NCBI GenBank assembly: GCA_018303365.1 | Contig: JAGVYI010000016.1 | Location: 15,330-79,329 of the forward strand | Reading direction: 5' to 3' | Source of the DNA: Candidatus Woesearchaeota archaeon | GTDB lineage: Archaea > Nanobdellota > Nanobdellia > SCGC-AAA011-G17 > JACPNG01 | DNA: 64,000 bases | Shown: positions 17,610 through 26,994 of the stretch, in pieces | How positions within the stretch are numbered: position 1 is the stretch's first letter | How the letters are laid out: every line of letters starts with the position of its first letter | Translations under genes and position numbers: made by a program | The notes under the pieces: generated by a model | The model's input: the letters and a program-made list of their open reading frames with translations, nothing else | Told to the model about the DNA's origin: nothing | The model's database searches: none

Positions 17610-19232
17610 GTGGAACTTGGTCTTTTTAGTAAAAAGAAAGAGAATCAACCGCAACAACCCCCTTCTTCAGTGCAATCTTCTTCTCAACAAAAACCTGTTT
17701 TTTCTCTTGAAGGTGATAAACCTCCAGCACAGCTTCCAGACTTTACAGATGTCTCAAAGGTTGATGTCCGCTACCCATTGCTTGCACCCTATGCTTTAGT
17801 TCACATTTACTGGGATGCTCCATCTCACGAGCTTGTCTATGAGGTTGAAGAGCCTCAACTCTCTTCTGAAGAAAAAGAAATGCTTTCAACCCTTGAGGAT
17901 GGTATTCGCGAGCTTATCAACATTAGCTTTGTAAACATCAAAGACGAGACGATCATTATTTCTTACCTTGAGAAAAATTTGCAGGTTTTACTCTCTGAGT
18001 TTCACCTACGTATAAAAAAAGAAACTTTCTTGAAGTTTATGTACTATATGTACCGCGACTTTGTCGGCCTTAATGAGATTGAGCCACTTATGCATGATTA
18101 TTATATTGAGGATATTGAATGCAACGGCTCCCAAACGCCCCTTTATATTATTCACCGCAAGTATCAGAATTTGCGAACAAATATTGTTTTTCCTTCAAAC
18201 CAGCCTCTTGCAAGTTTTGTTGAAAAGCTTGCACAGAAAACAGGGAAGTATGTATCATATGCAACGCCCCTTCTTGACGGCAGGCTTCCTGATGGTTCCC
18301 GTGTAAATGCAGTCTATTCCTCTGATGTTTCAAGCAGAGGACCGACTTTTACTATTAGGAAGTTTTCGCGTGAGCCATGGACTCCAATAAAACTTGTTGA
18401 TTTTCGTACTGTTTCTCCCGAGATTCTAGCATATCTTTGGATTCTTATTGAAAACGGTACCAATATCATGGTTGTTGGCGGGACCGGCTCTGGAAAGACT
18501 TCATTTTTGAATGCTATTGCTTTTTTTATTCCGCCTGCTGCCCGTATTGTCTCTATTGAAGATACAAAAGAACTGCAACTTGAGCATGAAAACTGGCTTC
18601 CAAGCATTGCCAGAGAAGGGATTGGTCTTGCTTCGTCCACTGGTCAGAAAAGGGGAGAGGTTACTTTATTCGACCTTCTTCGTGAGAGTTTTCGCCAGCG
18701 TCCTGATTATGTTATTGTTGGAGAGATTCGTGGCAAAGAGGCCTTTGTCCTTATCCAAGGGGCAAGTTCTGGCCATCCTTCTTTTGCAACAATGCATGCG
18801 GAGTCTGTTGAGTCCATGGTCAGGCGTCTAATGACTGAGCCTATTAATTTATCTCCCGCACTTGTTGAATCTATTGATGCTGTCTGCGTTTTAGTTCATG
18901 CAAAGGTTGGCGGCAAAGATGTTCGCCGGATTCGCGATATTTCTGAAATTATCAAGGTTTATCCAGACGGACAGGTGAAAACTAACGTACCCTTTGTCAG
19001 GGATCCACGCAGCGACAAATTTTATTTCCGTACTGGAAGCTATGTCTTTCAAAAGGTTGTTACCCAGCAAGGCATCAACCTGCAGGAGCTGAATCTTGAG
19101 TTTTCACGCAGGGCAAAGCTTCTTTTCAAACTATATGAGCAGAAAATTTTTGGATTTTCCGAAGTTCAGCAAGTTATTCACCAGTACTATAAATCTTCTA
19201 AGGAGGTTCTTTCCAGGTTCGGGATTTCTTAA
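17610..19232 (+). CDS. Type II/IV secretion-family ATPase (FlaI/TadA/PilB-like) of the archaeal pilus system.
   Basis: Walker A VVGGTGSGKTSF, the Asp/His boxes and GEIRG. GTG start, with AGAGGGTGA 5 nt upstream. Confidence 0.8.
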   Translation: MELGLFSKKKENQPQQPPSSVQSSSQQKPVFSLEGDKPPAQLPDFTDVSKVDVRYPLLAPYALVHIYWDAPSHELVYEVEEPQLSSEEKEMLSTLEDGIRELINISFVNIKDETIIISYLEKNLQVLLSEFHLRIKKETFLKFMYYMYRDFVGLNEIEPLMHDYYIEDIECNGSQTPLYIIHRKYQNLRTNIVFPSNQPLASFVEKLAQKTGKYVSYATPLLDGRLPDGSRVNAVYSSDVSSRGPTFTIRKFSREPWTPIKLVDFRTVSPEILAYLWILIENGTNIMVVGGTGSGKTSFLNAIAFFIPPAARIVSIEDTKELQLEHENWLPSIAREGIGLASSTGQKRGEVTLFDLLRESFRQRPDYVIVGEIRGKEAFVLIQGASSGHPSFATMHAESVESMVRRLMTEPINLSPALVESIDAVCVLVHAKVGGKDVRRIRDISEIIKVYPDGQVKTNVPFVRDPRSDKFYFRTGSYVFQKVVTQQGINLQELNLEFSRRAKLLFKLYEQKIFGFSEVQQVIHQYYKSSKEVLSRFGIS

Positions 19233-19234
19233 TT

Positions 19235-20209
19235 ATGGCAGACACATCTTCGTTTGTTGACAAAGAGACTCTTTCGCGCTATGTTGCTTTTCGCAAGAAG
19301 CACAAAGGGGATTTGAAAGATGAGTATGTTCTTTATTCTTCAAGCCCATTTGGACAGTTTGCTAATTCTATTTTTGAATCTGTTTCGCTAAATCTTATAA
19401 AAAAATATCCGCAATATTTCAAGAGTTTGTTTAAGGTCCTACGCGCTTCTGATTTTCCAATTCTTTCAAAGACATATGTCAGCATTATTCTACTTGTTGG
19501 GTTAGCTTCTTATCCTGTTTTTTTTATTCTTCTGCTTCTTTTATTTGGATTCTCAATTACCGGCTTTCTTAACACTTTTCTTCTAAGCCTTTTTGGTGCT
19601 GGACTTGCTCTTTTTCTTGCTTACCAATACCCTTCTTTTTTGGTTTCTTCGCGTCAGAGAAAGTTAAAAAATGACCTTCCATTTGCAGTTATCCATATGG
19701 CTGCTGTTGGAGGCAGCGGAGCCCATCCTTCTTCTATGTTCAACCTTATTGCAACCTCAGATGAGTATAAAGGGGTTCATCCAGAATTTAAGCGGGTTCT
19801 AAACGCTGTGAACCTTTTTGGATATGACCTAAGCACTGCTCTTCGCTCTGTTGCTGACAGTACTGGCTCGAGGGATATTCGCGACTTTTTCGGGGGTATG
19901 GCAACAACAATTGAAAGTGGCGGCAGCATGAAGGAGTTTCTTGATTCAAAGTCTGAGGACCTGATGGTAACATATCGTCTTGAGCGCAAGAAGTTTATCG
20001 AGAGCCTATCAACCTATTCTGATATTTACATTAGCCTATCAATTGGCGGGCCCCTTTTCTTTTTTATTGTCCTTGCTATCTTAAATCTACTTGGCGGTTC
20101 TGTCGGCGGGGTTGCGATCGGCACTCTTGCCACTATCGGTACTTTTGTTATCCTTCCTCTTATCAACCTCGGATTTTTAGCATTTTTAAAATTTAGCAGT
20201 TTAGAATGA
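19235..20209 (+). CDS. FlaJ/TadB-like membrane platform protein, first half.
   Basis: TM segments flank a GspF-like cytoplasmic helical domain. It starts 3 nt after the ATPase stop. Confidence 0.6.
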   Translation: MADTSSFVDKETLSRYVAFRKKHKGDLKDEYVLYSSSPFGQFANSIFESVSLNLIKKYPQYFKSLFKVLRASDFPILSKTYVSIILLVGLASYPVFFILLLLLFGFSITGFLNTFLLSLFGAGLALFLAYQYPSFLVSSRQRKLKNDLPFAVIHMAAVGGSGAHPSSMFNLIATSDEYKGVHPEFKRVLNAVNLFGYDLSTALRSVADSTGSRDIRDFFGGMATTIESGGSMKEFLDSKSEDLMVTYRLERKKFIESLSTYSDIYISLSIGGPLFFFIVLAILNLLGGSVGGVAIGTLATIGTFVILPLINLGFLAFLKFSSLE

Positions 20210-21060
20210 TTAATTTCAAGAAAGAATATTTTGTCGGCATCAGTCTTGCTTTGGTTTTACTAGTTCTAGATGTCTTGTTTCTTCGCTCTACCCGCTGGTT
20301 TATTGCTATTATTATTGTTTCTATCAATATTGGCTGGCTTCAGTTCTGGATTGACTTTTTTCGTGAACAGAACCGTCAGAAGGAAATTGATACAAAATTT
20401 CTTGAGTTTGTTCGCAATCTTGTCAGCACTGCCAAATCCGGTCTTTCAATTCCCAGGGCTATTATTCAAGCTTCTGGTGAGGACTATGGCGCTCTTACAC
20501 CATATGTTCGAAAGCTTTCTCACCAGGTTGAGTGGGGTGTTCCTGTTGAAAAGGCTCTTTTGACCTTTGCAAAGGATACTCGAAATGCTGTGATCAGCAG
20601 GTCTGTTTCTATTGTTATTGAAGCGAGCAAGGCTGGCGGTGATATAGAAAATGTTCTTGATTCTGTTACTGATTCTGTGATGTACGTAAAGAAAATCAAG
20701 CAGGAGAGGAAAAGCGGAACGTACTCGCAAATAGTCCAGGGTTATATTGTTTTTTTTATTTTCATTGCAATAATGCTTGTTTTGCAGCTCTGGCTTTTTC
20801 CACAGTTTTCTAATTTGAAAGGTCTTGGCCAAGGCGGCTCAGAGCTTGCTGGTTCTCTTGGTACAGGTGCTATTTTCGGTGAAGGAAAGCGTGCTGACAT
20901 AGATAGCATTTTTTTTAGTCTTATTCTTGTACAAGGTTTTTTTTCGGGAGTTATGATTGGTGCGTTCTCTGAAGGAAGCGTGAAGCGCGGTCTTTTGCAT
21001 TCTCTTGTTTTGATGACTCTTGCAACGCTTATTATTACAACTGCGAAGGGCGGGATTTAG
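20206..21060 (+). CDS. FlaJ/TadC-like membrane platform protein, second half.
   Basis: A second GspF-like domain between TM segments. ATGA overlap with the first half. Confidence 0.6.
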   Translation: MINFKKEYFVGISLALVLLVLDVLFLRSTRWFIAIIIVSINIGWLQFWIDFFREQNRQKEIDTKFLEFVRNLVSTAKSGLSIPRAIIQASGEDYGALTPYVRKLSHQVEWGVPVEKALLTFAKDTRNAVISRSVSIVIEASKAGGDIENVLDSVTDSVMYVKKIKQERKSGTYSQIVQGYIVFFIFIAIMLVLQLWLFPQFSNLKGLGQGGSELAGSLGTGAIFGEGKRADIDSIFFSLILVQGFFSGVMIGAFSEGSVKRGLLHSLVLMTLATLIITTAKGGI

Positions 21061-21062
21061 CA

Positions 21063-21607
21063 AAACATTTATTAATAACCCATTAAACATTAATTTTAAT
21101 GAAAAAGAGATCAAAGAAGAAGCCTTCTTTTAAGTTTTACCATCACCAGCTTTACATTCCAATCCTTCTTGTTCTTTCTTTTGCCTCCCTTGCTTTGCTG
21201 TGGATATTTAGCACCGGTGCGACTGGTTATGCCACCTACAGCTTTGGCAACACTGTTCCGCAGGGGTTCGGTGTTCCTTGGAATTTGTTTTCCAGTCAGC
21301 ATGAGAACTTGCTTGATTCTTCTGATAATACAATAAATGTTAAGGCAACTTTTGTCTATAAGTGGGGTTATATATGGGATCATAATGTCAGGCAGTGGAA
21401 GGGGTTTGAGTTTCCACAGCAGAAGGTATTTAATAATTGGGTTGCAAGAGAGGCTTCTTTTGATCTTAATAGCTTAAACCTTGTCCCTGGAGAGTATTCT
21501 GTTGTTGCCTATACCTGCCAGTATGTGAATAATGAATGGAAGTGCGGCTGTCGAACCTCACAGTGTCGAAGCGGTGTTGATGGAGGCATGTGGCAGATAC
21601 AGAAGGT
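21063..21607 (+). repeat. Direct repeat copy B (partner of 14603..15141).
   Basis: See copy A. Confidence 0.8.
21068..21078 (+). promoter_or_regulatory. Archaeal TATA box (TTTATTAATAA) for paralog B; leaderless spacing.
   Basis: Same element and spacing as at 14608. Confidence 0.45.
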
Positions 21608-22832
21608 TGATATTATTTCTGGCATAACCAAAGTAGGGACTGTGACTTATCGTGATGGCGATGCTTTTATTGGAGAAAATAAAAATAATCCAAAATGGGT
21701 TTGGAATTTAGAAGGTTTAACTACAAGTAATCCTACTCTTGGTGTTGAAAATGATTGGAAATATAGGGGTGTGTCCGATAGGGATACTGGTGTTTCTAGT
21801 GCTATTGGGGTTAGACAGTGTACAAACCTTCCAAATAATTATATTACCATTTGTTTTGCTGATATTGTTGGTTTAAACGAGAACATAGATAATTATACTA
21901 TATCCTTTGAGGAGAATATTGATTTGAGTGGTGCTGGAGGAAGATTTTCAACTTATATAGCCCGAAATGTTATTACCATTAGTAGTAATACCCAAAGTAT
22001 TGACTTGCATTCTTCTGCATCCCACGTTGTTACAAATTATGTTGCTTTAGTTATAGATGATTTAGATTCTAATAAGATAAACTTGTTCTATAAGGGGAGT
22101 AGGGGTTTTGTATTCTTTAGTGATTTAGCGAATTCAAAAGTGGCACTCTCCAATGATTGGTCCAATGATTTGCGACTTGATTTGATGAGTGGGTCTGGTG
22201 ACTTATACTCTTTGCACATTAATTCTCCTGTTGATGTTATTTCAGCTTTGTTCCGTGCTAGTGGTGGACGCGGTTTTTCTTCTCTTGGTAGCACACGTGG
22301 TTATGAAGAGTCTGGAGAATTGGTGTGGCAGTCTGACGACCCTAATACCGGAGTTGCTCTTTACTCTTTGAATATAGGGGCAATAGATGCAGACCTTCGA
22401 ACGTTGTATGGTGTTGTCATAAAAAATCCACGCGGCAATGGGGCTTCTGATGAAATATCCTTAGAAGTTCCAAGCAAACAACTTAGGGGGATTATTGAGA
22501 TAACTTCTCCTTCACTTAGACAACGAAAGGAAATTGCACTGGGGGGGTCCATAGGCAATAATCCATTATTTTCGGATAGCAATTATGGACTACTTACTTT
22601 TTCAAGAGACAGTCCAAGCCTAGAAACCAGTCTGTCTAGTTCAGAGAATGATTATGGAAGGAGGATATTTATGGAAGTAGATGTTGATTCTATAGCATAC
22701 ACTTCCCGTTCTCTTGACCTTTCAAGGCTAAGAACAGCATCCCCCCAAAATCCAGTTACGATAAATCATTTATTAGGAAGAGATATTACAATAACCGGAG
22801 TAACAGATAATTCAATAACAGTACTACAATAA
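21099..22832 (+). CDS. Surface protein paralog B: the same conserved N-terminal module, with a different C-terminal domain.
   Basis: The N-terminal ~170 aa are nearly identical to the 14639 gene; the remaining ~400 aa are unrelated. Confidence 0.65.
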   Translation: MKKRSKKKPSFKFYHHQLYIPILLVLSFASLALLWIFSTGATGYATYSFGNTVPQGFGVPWNLFSSQHENLLDSSDNTINVKATFVYKWGYIWDHNVRQWKGFEFPQQKVFNNWVAREASFDLNSLNLVPGEYSVVAYTCQYVNNEWKCGCRTSQCRSGVDGGMWQIQKVDIISGITKVGTVTYRDGDAFIGENKNNPKWVWNLEGLTTSNPTLGVENDWKYRGVSDRDTGVSSAIGVRQCTNLPNNYITICFADIVGLNENIDNYTISFEENIDLSGAGGRFSTYIARNVITISSNTQSIDLHSSASHVVTNYVALVIDDLDSNKINLFYKGSRGFVFFSDLANSKVALSNDWSNDLRLDLMSGSGDLYSLHINSPVDVISALFRASGGRGFSSLGSTRGYEESGELVWQSDDPNTGVALYSLNIGAIDADLRTLYGVVIKNPRGNGASDEISLEVPSKQLRGIIEITSPSLRQRKEIALGGSIGNNPLFSDSNYGLLTFSRDSPSLETSLSSSENDYGRRIFMEVDVDSIAYTSRSLDLSRLRTASPQNPVTINHLLGRDITITGVTDNSITVLQ

Positions 22833-22888
22833 ATTCTATCGGTTTAATATTCACAAAAAGCTTATAAGCCTCTTTTCTTTTTGTATTT

Positions 22889-25834
22889 TTGATGTTTAAA
22901 AGAGGTGTAAGCCATATTGACTGGGCTATTAGTATTGGCATCTTTCTTGTCCTTGTCCTCAGCATTGTTGTTTTTTTAAGACCTGGAGTTGAGACTTTTA
23001 CAAGCCATCAGGCGCTTGTGCAAACTGTCGAGTCAAACCTTAGAAGTGAATTTTCCAACGAACTTGAAAAGACTCCAATTTTTATTAATTCCACTGAGCA
23101 GCGTGCTGGAGATTACCAGATTACTTTCACTTTTGATGGTGGGGGCTTTCCATTTGAGGGAGAGAATGAAGAGTTTGTTGTTGTTGACTCTTTGAGCGCT
23201 GTTGTCCCGACTCAAATTTCAGGGGATGGCAGGGACCGTACACTTCGCTTTGACGGGTTTTTAGACCCACGCAAGACAAATGTGTTTTATATTCTCCATG
23301 CAAACGACACAACTTATTTGTCTTCTAATTTGGAGAACACATTTGTTCTTTTTGCTGGCTTAAACTTTTCTTATGACTTTGGAGTTACCAGAATAGAGCG
23401 CGGTTTTGACCTTTCAAGACTTCGTACAATTGAGCAGGATTATGATGCACTTAAAGAAACTTGGGGAATTCCTTCGGACAGAGAGTTTCTTATTCAAATT
23501 GCGCAGACTGACACATTTCGCTATACTTTTGATGACATTATTTTTCGCTATGCCAGACAAGACCCTACTTTTCAATCAGATGTTTTTGTTAAGGAGTTTA
23601 GAGATATTCTTCTTGACCCAAATGGTACGCGCACACCAATTCTTGTGAATATTCAAGCTGGGTTTTTTGGTGAGCCTACAAAGATTATATGCGCTGTTGA
23701 TGAAGATTGTGGGGTTTGCAACAGTTGTGTTAACGGCCAATGTGAAGCAGTCTCTTTTGGCAGTGATCCTCTTAACCAATGCAAAGATGTTGACTGCAGT
23801 GATTATTACTTTGGGTTTGTCGGCGGTGTTTGCTATGGGCGCGCTTCTATCCAGTCTGTTTGCAATGGTGCTGGGGCATGTACACAGGTTTCCGAGGATG
23901 ATTGTCCTGTTTCTGGTCGCGGAGAGTCATCAGGTGTGAGCTGTAGTGAATGCCAGCAAGAGAGCGGGTGCTCTGGGACCACTATGGGTTCTTGCTCTGT
24001 TGCTCTAGATGGTACAGATTGCATGGGGCTGTGCTCGCAGTGTGTTTCAGGTGCGTGCCGCCAGGCACCTTCTGATGATGCCTCGTGCGGCACTATTGAC
24101 TGCGATAACCTTGATGGATATAGCGTTGTTGGAGACAACTCTGCAAGCGGCAGTGCGAGCTGTGTTTTACGGGATTACTCCGACTTAACTTCCAATCGCT
24201 GTGAGGGGCTTCTTGACTGCCGAGATCCAAATACCGCCCCTGATTGTTCTGTTTTTACAGATAGGACTTTAGCTAATTGCGGTGTTTGCCAGCGTGTGCA
24301 AAGCTGTTCTCCTAATGGTGCGACCTGTACCACCTATCCTGCTAATACTCCCTGCGGCCCAGACAGGGTTTGCACTGAGACGGGTCAGTGCGTACGCTCT
24401 CCTCTTGAGATTCGTGGGGTCAAGCGCTTTACTTCCGGCAATTATGAATATGGTTTTGTTCGTATTTATCCTGGCGGGAAAATTATTCTTGATGGAGACA
24501 ATGTTGCTATTACTGTTGATGCATTTTTTGAAAATAACGGTGCTGTTGAGAGCAATACTTTTTCTCCACATCTTACTATTCGCGGCAGAGAGATTACTGG
24601 TTCTGGCCCTTATGCCCTTCAAGGAGGAAGGGGTCGCTATGAATGCGGGTGGAATGATGCTTGCTGGTGGGGAAGCGGAGGAGATTCCTCTCTTGTTTTA
24701 GATGCCAGTGCTGTATCTACAGGGGCTGTTAATGTTCGTTCTGGTTCTGGAGGTCCTGGAGGCAGGGCTTCTGTGATATTCAGGAATGCCCAAAATGGAA
24801 ACGTTGCGTCTTTGAGTGTTATTGGGGCTTCAGGAGCCAATAGCGGCATTAGTTCTTTTGGATGTAGCGGTTATAATGGTGGCAGTGCTGATGTTTCCTT
24901 TGAGTCTAGCTCTTTAAATATTGGGTCTGTTGTTGTTCAAGGAGGAGATGCTTCTTCTCCTGCATGTGTCGGTGAACCTGGGACCGGCGGGAGTGCTACT
25001 TTTCGTGGCAGCGGCAGTGGAGCTTCTATTACCTTTACTTCTTCTTTTAATTTAGAGGGTGGGGATGGCACCAGCGGTTATAGTTCTTATTATAGAACTT
25101 CTGTTTTTGGGCGCGGTGGATCTGCAGAGGTTTCTTTGAGCAATGGCGGAGATGTTTCTTTTCTTGGGCCAGTAAACCTTCAAGGCGGTATCGGCGGTTA
25201 CTCCTCAGGTGCGGGTGTTATGAGCATATCTGCAAACAGACTATCCCAAAAAAGGGAACTTGTTATTGCTGCTGGCCAAGCGCGAAGCGGTGTTTGCCGT
25301 GCTTATACCTGTTGGGATTCTGGGGCAGTGCTTAATTCACAGGGTGGAGAAGCGCGTTTGAGCTTTTCAGGGAATTCTTATACTTCTGAGGGGCCTGTTA
25401 CACTTACTGCTGGGTCTGGGTTTTCTGTCTCTTCTGGAGGCAGCGCCCTTGTTTCCATTCAAGCAACAAACAGCTTTTCTTATACTTCTCCTTTTACTCT
25501 GCGCGCCGGGAACTCTTTTGATGGGTGCCTTAATGGCTATTATGGAGGAAATGCAATTGTTGATATCAATAGTCAGACTATTTCAGGCAGCTCCTCTTTT
25601 ACTACTTATGGTGGTAATGGAGGCCGCGCCTCTGAACCTTACTGGTGTAATGATGCGTGCTATGAACGTGTGGGGGGTAATGGGGGAGATTCTCTTTTGC
25701 GCCTTCGTACCAGTTCAACAGACCCACCCCATAATGGGCAGGGAGGGAGTGTGGGAGGCAATGCCGGAAGTTTTTGTCGTTATAAGCAGTCTTCGCGACC
25801 AACAAATGGGAGGTTTGCAACAGAAAGATATTGA
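22889..25834 (+). CDS. Giant (981 aa) pilin-anchored surface protein: class-III-like N-terminus, a Cys-rich region, and a long Gly/Ser-rich repetitive region that may be beta-helix-like.
   Basis: MMFKRGVSHIDWAISIGIFLVLVLSIVVF. Dense Cys clusters across aa 260-480. Recurrent GG.G/SGS segments in the C-terminal half. Confidence 0.65.
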   Translation: MMFKRGVSHIDWAISIGIFLVLVLSIVVFLRPGVETFTSHQALVQTVESNLRSEFSNELEKTPIFINSTEQRAGDYQITFTFDGGGFPFEGENEEFVVVDSLSAVVPTQISGDGRDRTLRFDGFLDPRKTNVFYILHANDTTYLSSNLENTFVLFAGLNFSYDFGVTRIERGFDLSRLRTIEQDYDALKETWGIPSDREFLIQIAQTDTFRYTFDDIIFRYARQDPTFQSDVFVKEFRDILLDPNGTRTPILVNIQAGFFGEPTKIICAVDEDCGVCNSCVNGQCEAVSFGSDPLNQCKDVDCSDYYFGFVGGVCYGRASIQSVCNGAGACTQVSEDDCPVSGRGESSGVSCSECQQESGCSGTTMGSCSVALDGTDCMGLCSQCVSGACRQAPSDDASCGTIDCDNLDGYSVVGDNSASGSASCVLRDYSDLTSNRCEGLLDCRDPNTAPDCSVFTDRTLANCGVCQRVQSCSPNGATCTTYPANTPCGPDRVCTETGQCVRSPLEIRGVKRFTSGNYEYGFVRIYPGGKIILDGDNVAITVDAFFENNGAVESNTFSPHLTIRGREITGSGPYALQGGRGRYECGWNDACWWGSGGDSSLVLDASAVSTGAVNVRSGSGGPGGRASVIFRNAQNGNVASLSVIGASGANSGISSFGCSGYNGGSADVSFESSSLNIGSVVVQGGDASSPACVGEPGTGGSATFRGSGSGASITFTSSFNLEGGDGTSGYSSYYRTSVFGRGGSAEVSLSNGGDVSFLGPVNLQGGIGGYSSGAGVMSISANRLSQKRELVIAAGQARSGVCRAYTCWDSGAVLNSQGGEARLSFSGNSYTSEGPVTLTAGSGFSVSSGGSALVSIQATNSFSYTSPFTLRAGNSFDGCLNGYYGGNAIVDINSQTISGSSSFTTYGGNGGRASEPYWCNDACYERVGGNGGDSLLRLRTSSTDPPHNGQGGSVGGNAGSFCRYKQSSRPTNGRFATERY

Positions 25835-26550
25835 AAATGACTTTTTTGTTTTGGGATAGAGATGGTGTTTTTTCAAAAAAAGGGTCTACTCTCTTTTTTT
25901 TAATCGTTCTTATACTCTTAGGAATAGGCGCTTATTTTGGATATCGTTATTTTTTTCCTGATGACCAGAAAACCTTTAATCAGTCTATCTTAGAAGAAGA
26001 TGTTGGGGGTTGCTCTAGCATTGATGATCCTTTTTTGCGCCGCTCTTGCATTCATTTTATTTTGGGTAATCCCAACATTACTGAAGAACATTTTCTTTTT
26101 ACTGACCCTTTAGCACGCACTTTTGAGAGCATCCATAGCGCCACTGTTTATCCTAATGGAACACAAATTCCTTGCGAACGCATTGACGATGCTGGTCTTA
26201 GCGAGGCCTGCCTTTCCTTGAAAGGGCAGGATACCACGTGCTCTGATTCGTGCAAGGCTTGGGTTTCTTATCTTAGTGCAATAAAAAAAGATGATCCTTC
26301 TTTATGCGATTCCCTGACAGAGGTTCTTGTTTCATCTAAGGGGGTTTCACTTCGAGGGGCTTGCTTTTCTTTTTTTGAGGGTTATGATACTCCACCACTT
26401 GAATCTCTTGAACACAATGAGAAGTATTACCGCGATGCTCTTTTTTCTTTGAAATTAGAAGAATGCGAAAAAATTACTCTGGACTCTTTTCGTGAGAAGT
26501 GCAGAGAAGATGTTTCTCTACGCCTTTCTGTTCTGGAGGATCAACAATGA
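25831..26550 (+). CDS. Class-III signal-like membrane-anchored Cys-containing protein.
   Basis: SKKGSTLFFLIVLILLGIGAYFGY. ATGA overlap with the upstream gene. Confidence 0.45.
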   Translation: MKMTFLFWDRDGVFSKKGSTLFFLIVLILLGIGAYFGYRYFFPDDQKTFNQSILEEDVGGCSSIDDPFLRRSCIHFILGNPNITEEHFLFTDPLARTFESIHSATVYPNGTQIPCERIDDAGLSEACLSLKGQDTTCSDSCKAWVSYLSAIKKDDPSLCDSLTEVLVSSKGVSLRGACFSFFEGYDTPPLESLEHNEKYYRDALFSLKLEECEKITLDSFREKCREDVSLRLSVLEDQQ

Positions 26551-26963
26551 TTTTCTCCAATCGCTCAGGGTATCTTAGAACACTTGAGGCAATTATTGCT
26601 GCTGTCCTTGTCCTTATATTCATTTTTACACTTCTTCCAAGGCGTGAGATTTCTTCCCCTGAGACCCCTTATGTTGTTCAAAGCTCACAGGAATTTATAT
26701 TGAACCAGATTCTTGTTAATGACACTCTTCGCGGGTGTGTTGTTTCTGATCCGCTGTGCGAGAATTCTGATGCTATGCGTCAGCTTATTCTAGACAATCT
26801 TCCTCCGGGGTACACTTATGGATTTAAGATTTGTGACACTACTAATTGCCTTATTTCTACATCTCCGGATAAGTCGGTCTTTGTTGATGACGTGCTTCTC
26901 TCTGCTGATTTGGCAAGCCAGAATCCAAAAGTATTTCGCCTTTGGCTCTGGGAAGGAGAGTAA
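26547..26963 (+). CDS. Pilin-like small protein.
   Basis: MIFSNRSGYLRTLEAIIAAVLVLIFIFTLLP. ATGA overlap; internal start chosen. Confidence 0.4.
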   Translation: MIFSNRSGYLRTLEAIIAAVLVLIFIFTLLPRREISSPETPYVVQSSQEFILNQILVNDTLRGCVVSDPLCENSDAMRQLILDNLPPGYTYGFKICDTTNCLISTSPDKSVFVDDVLLSADLASQNPKVFRLWLWEGE

Positions 26964-26994
26964 TCTTTAAAAATATCCTAGTTTTCTGTTTCCT

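Noticed and set aside
23033-24849. Multiple minus- and plus-strand ORFs overlapping the 981-aa gene
   Set aside because: They are nested in a long coherent ORF, with low-complexity Pro/Ala/Leu composition typical of out-of-frame Gly/Ser codons.
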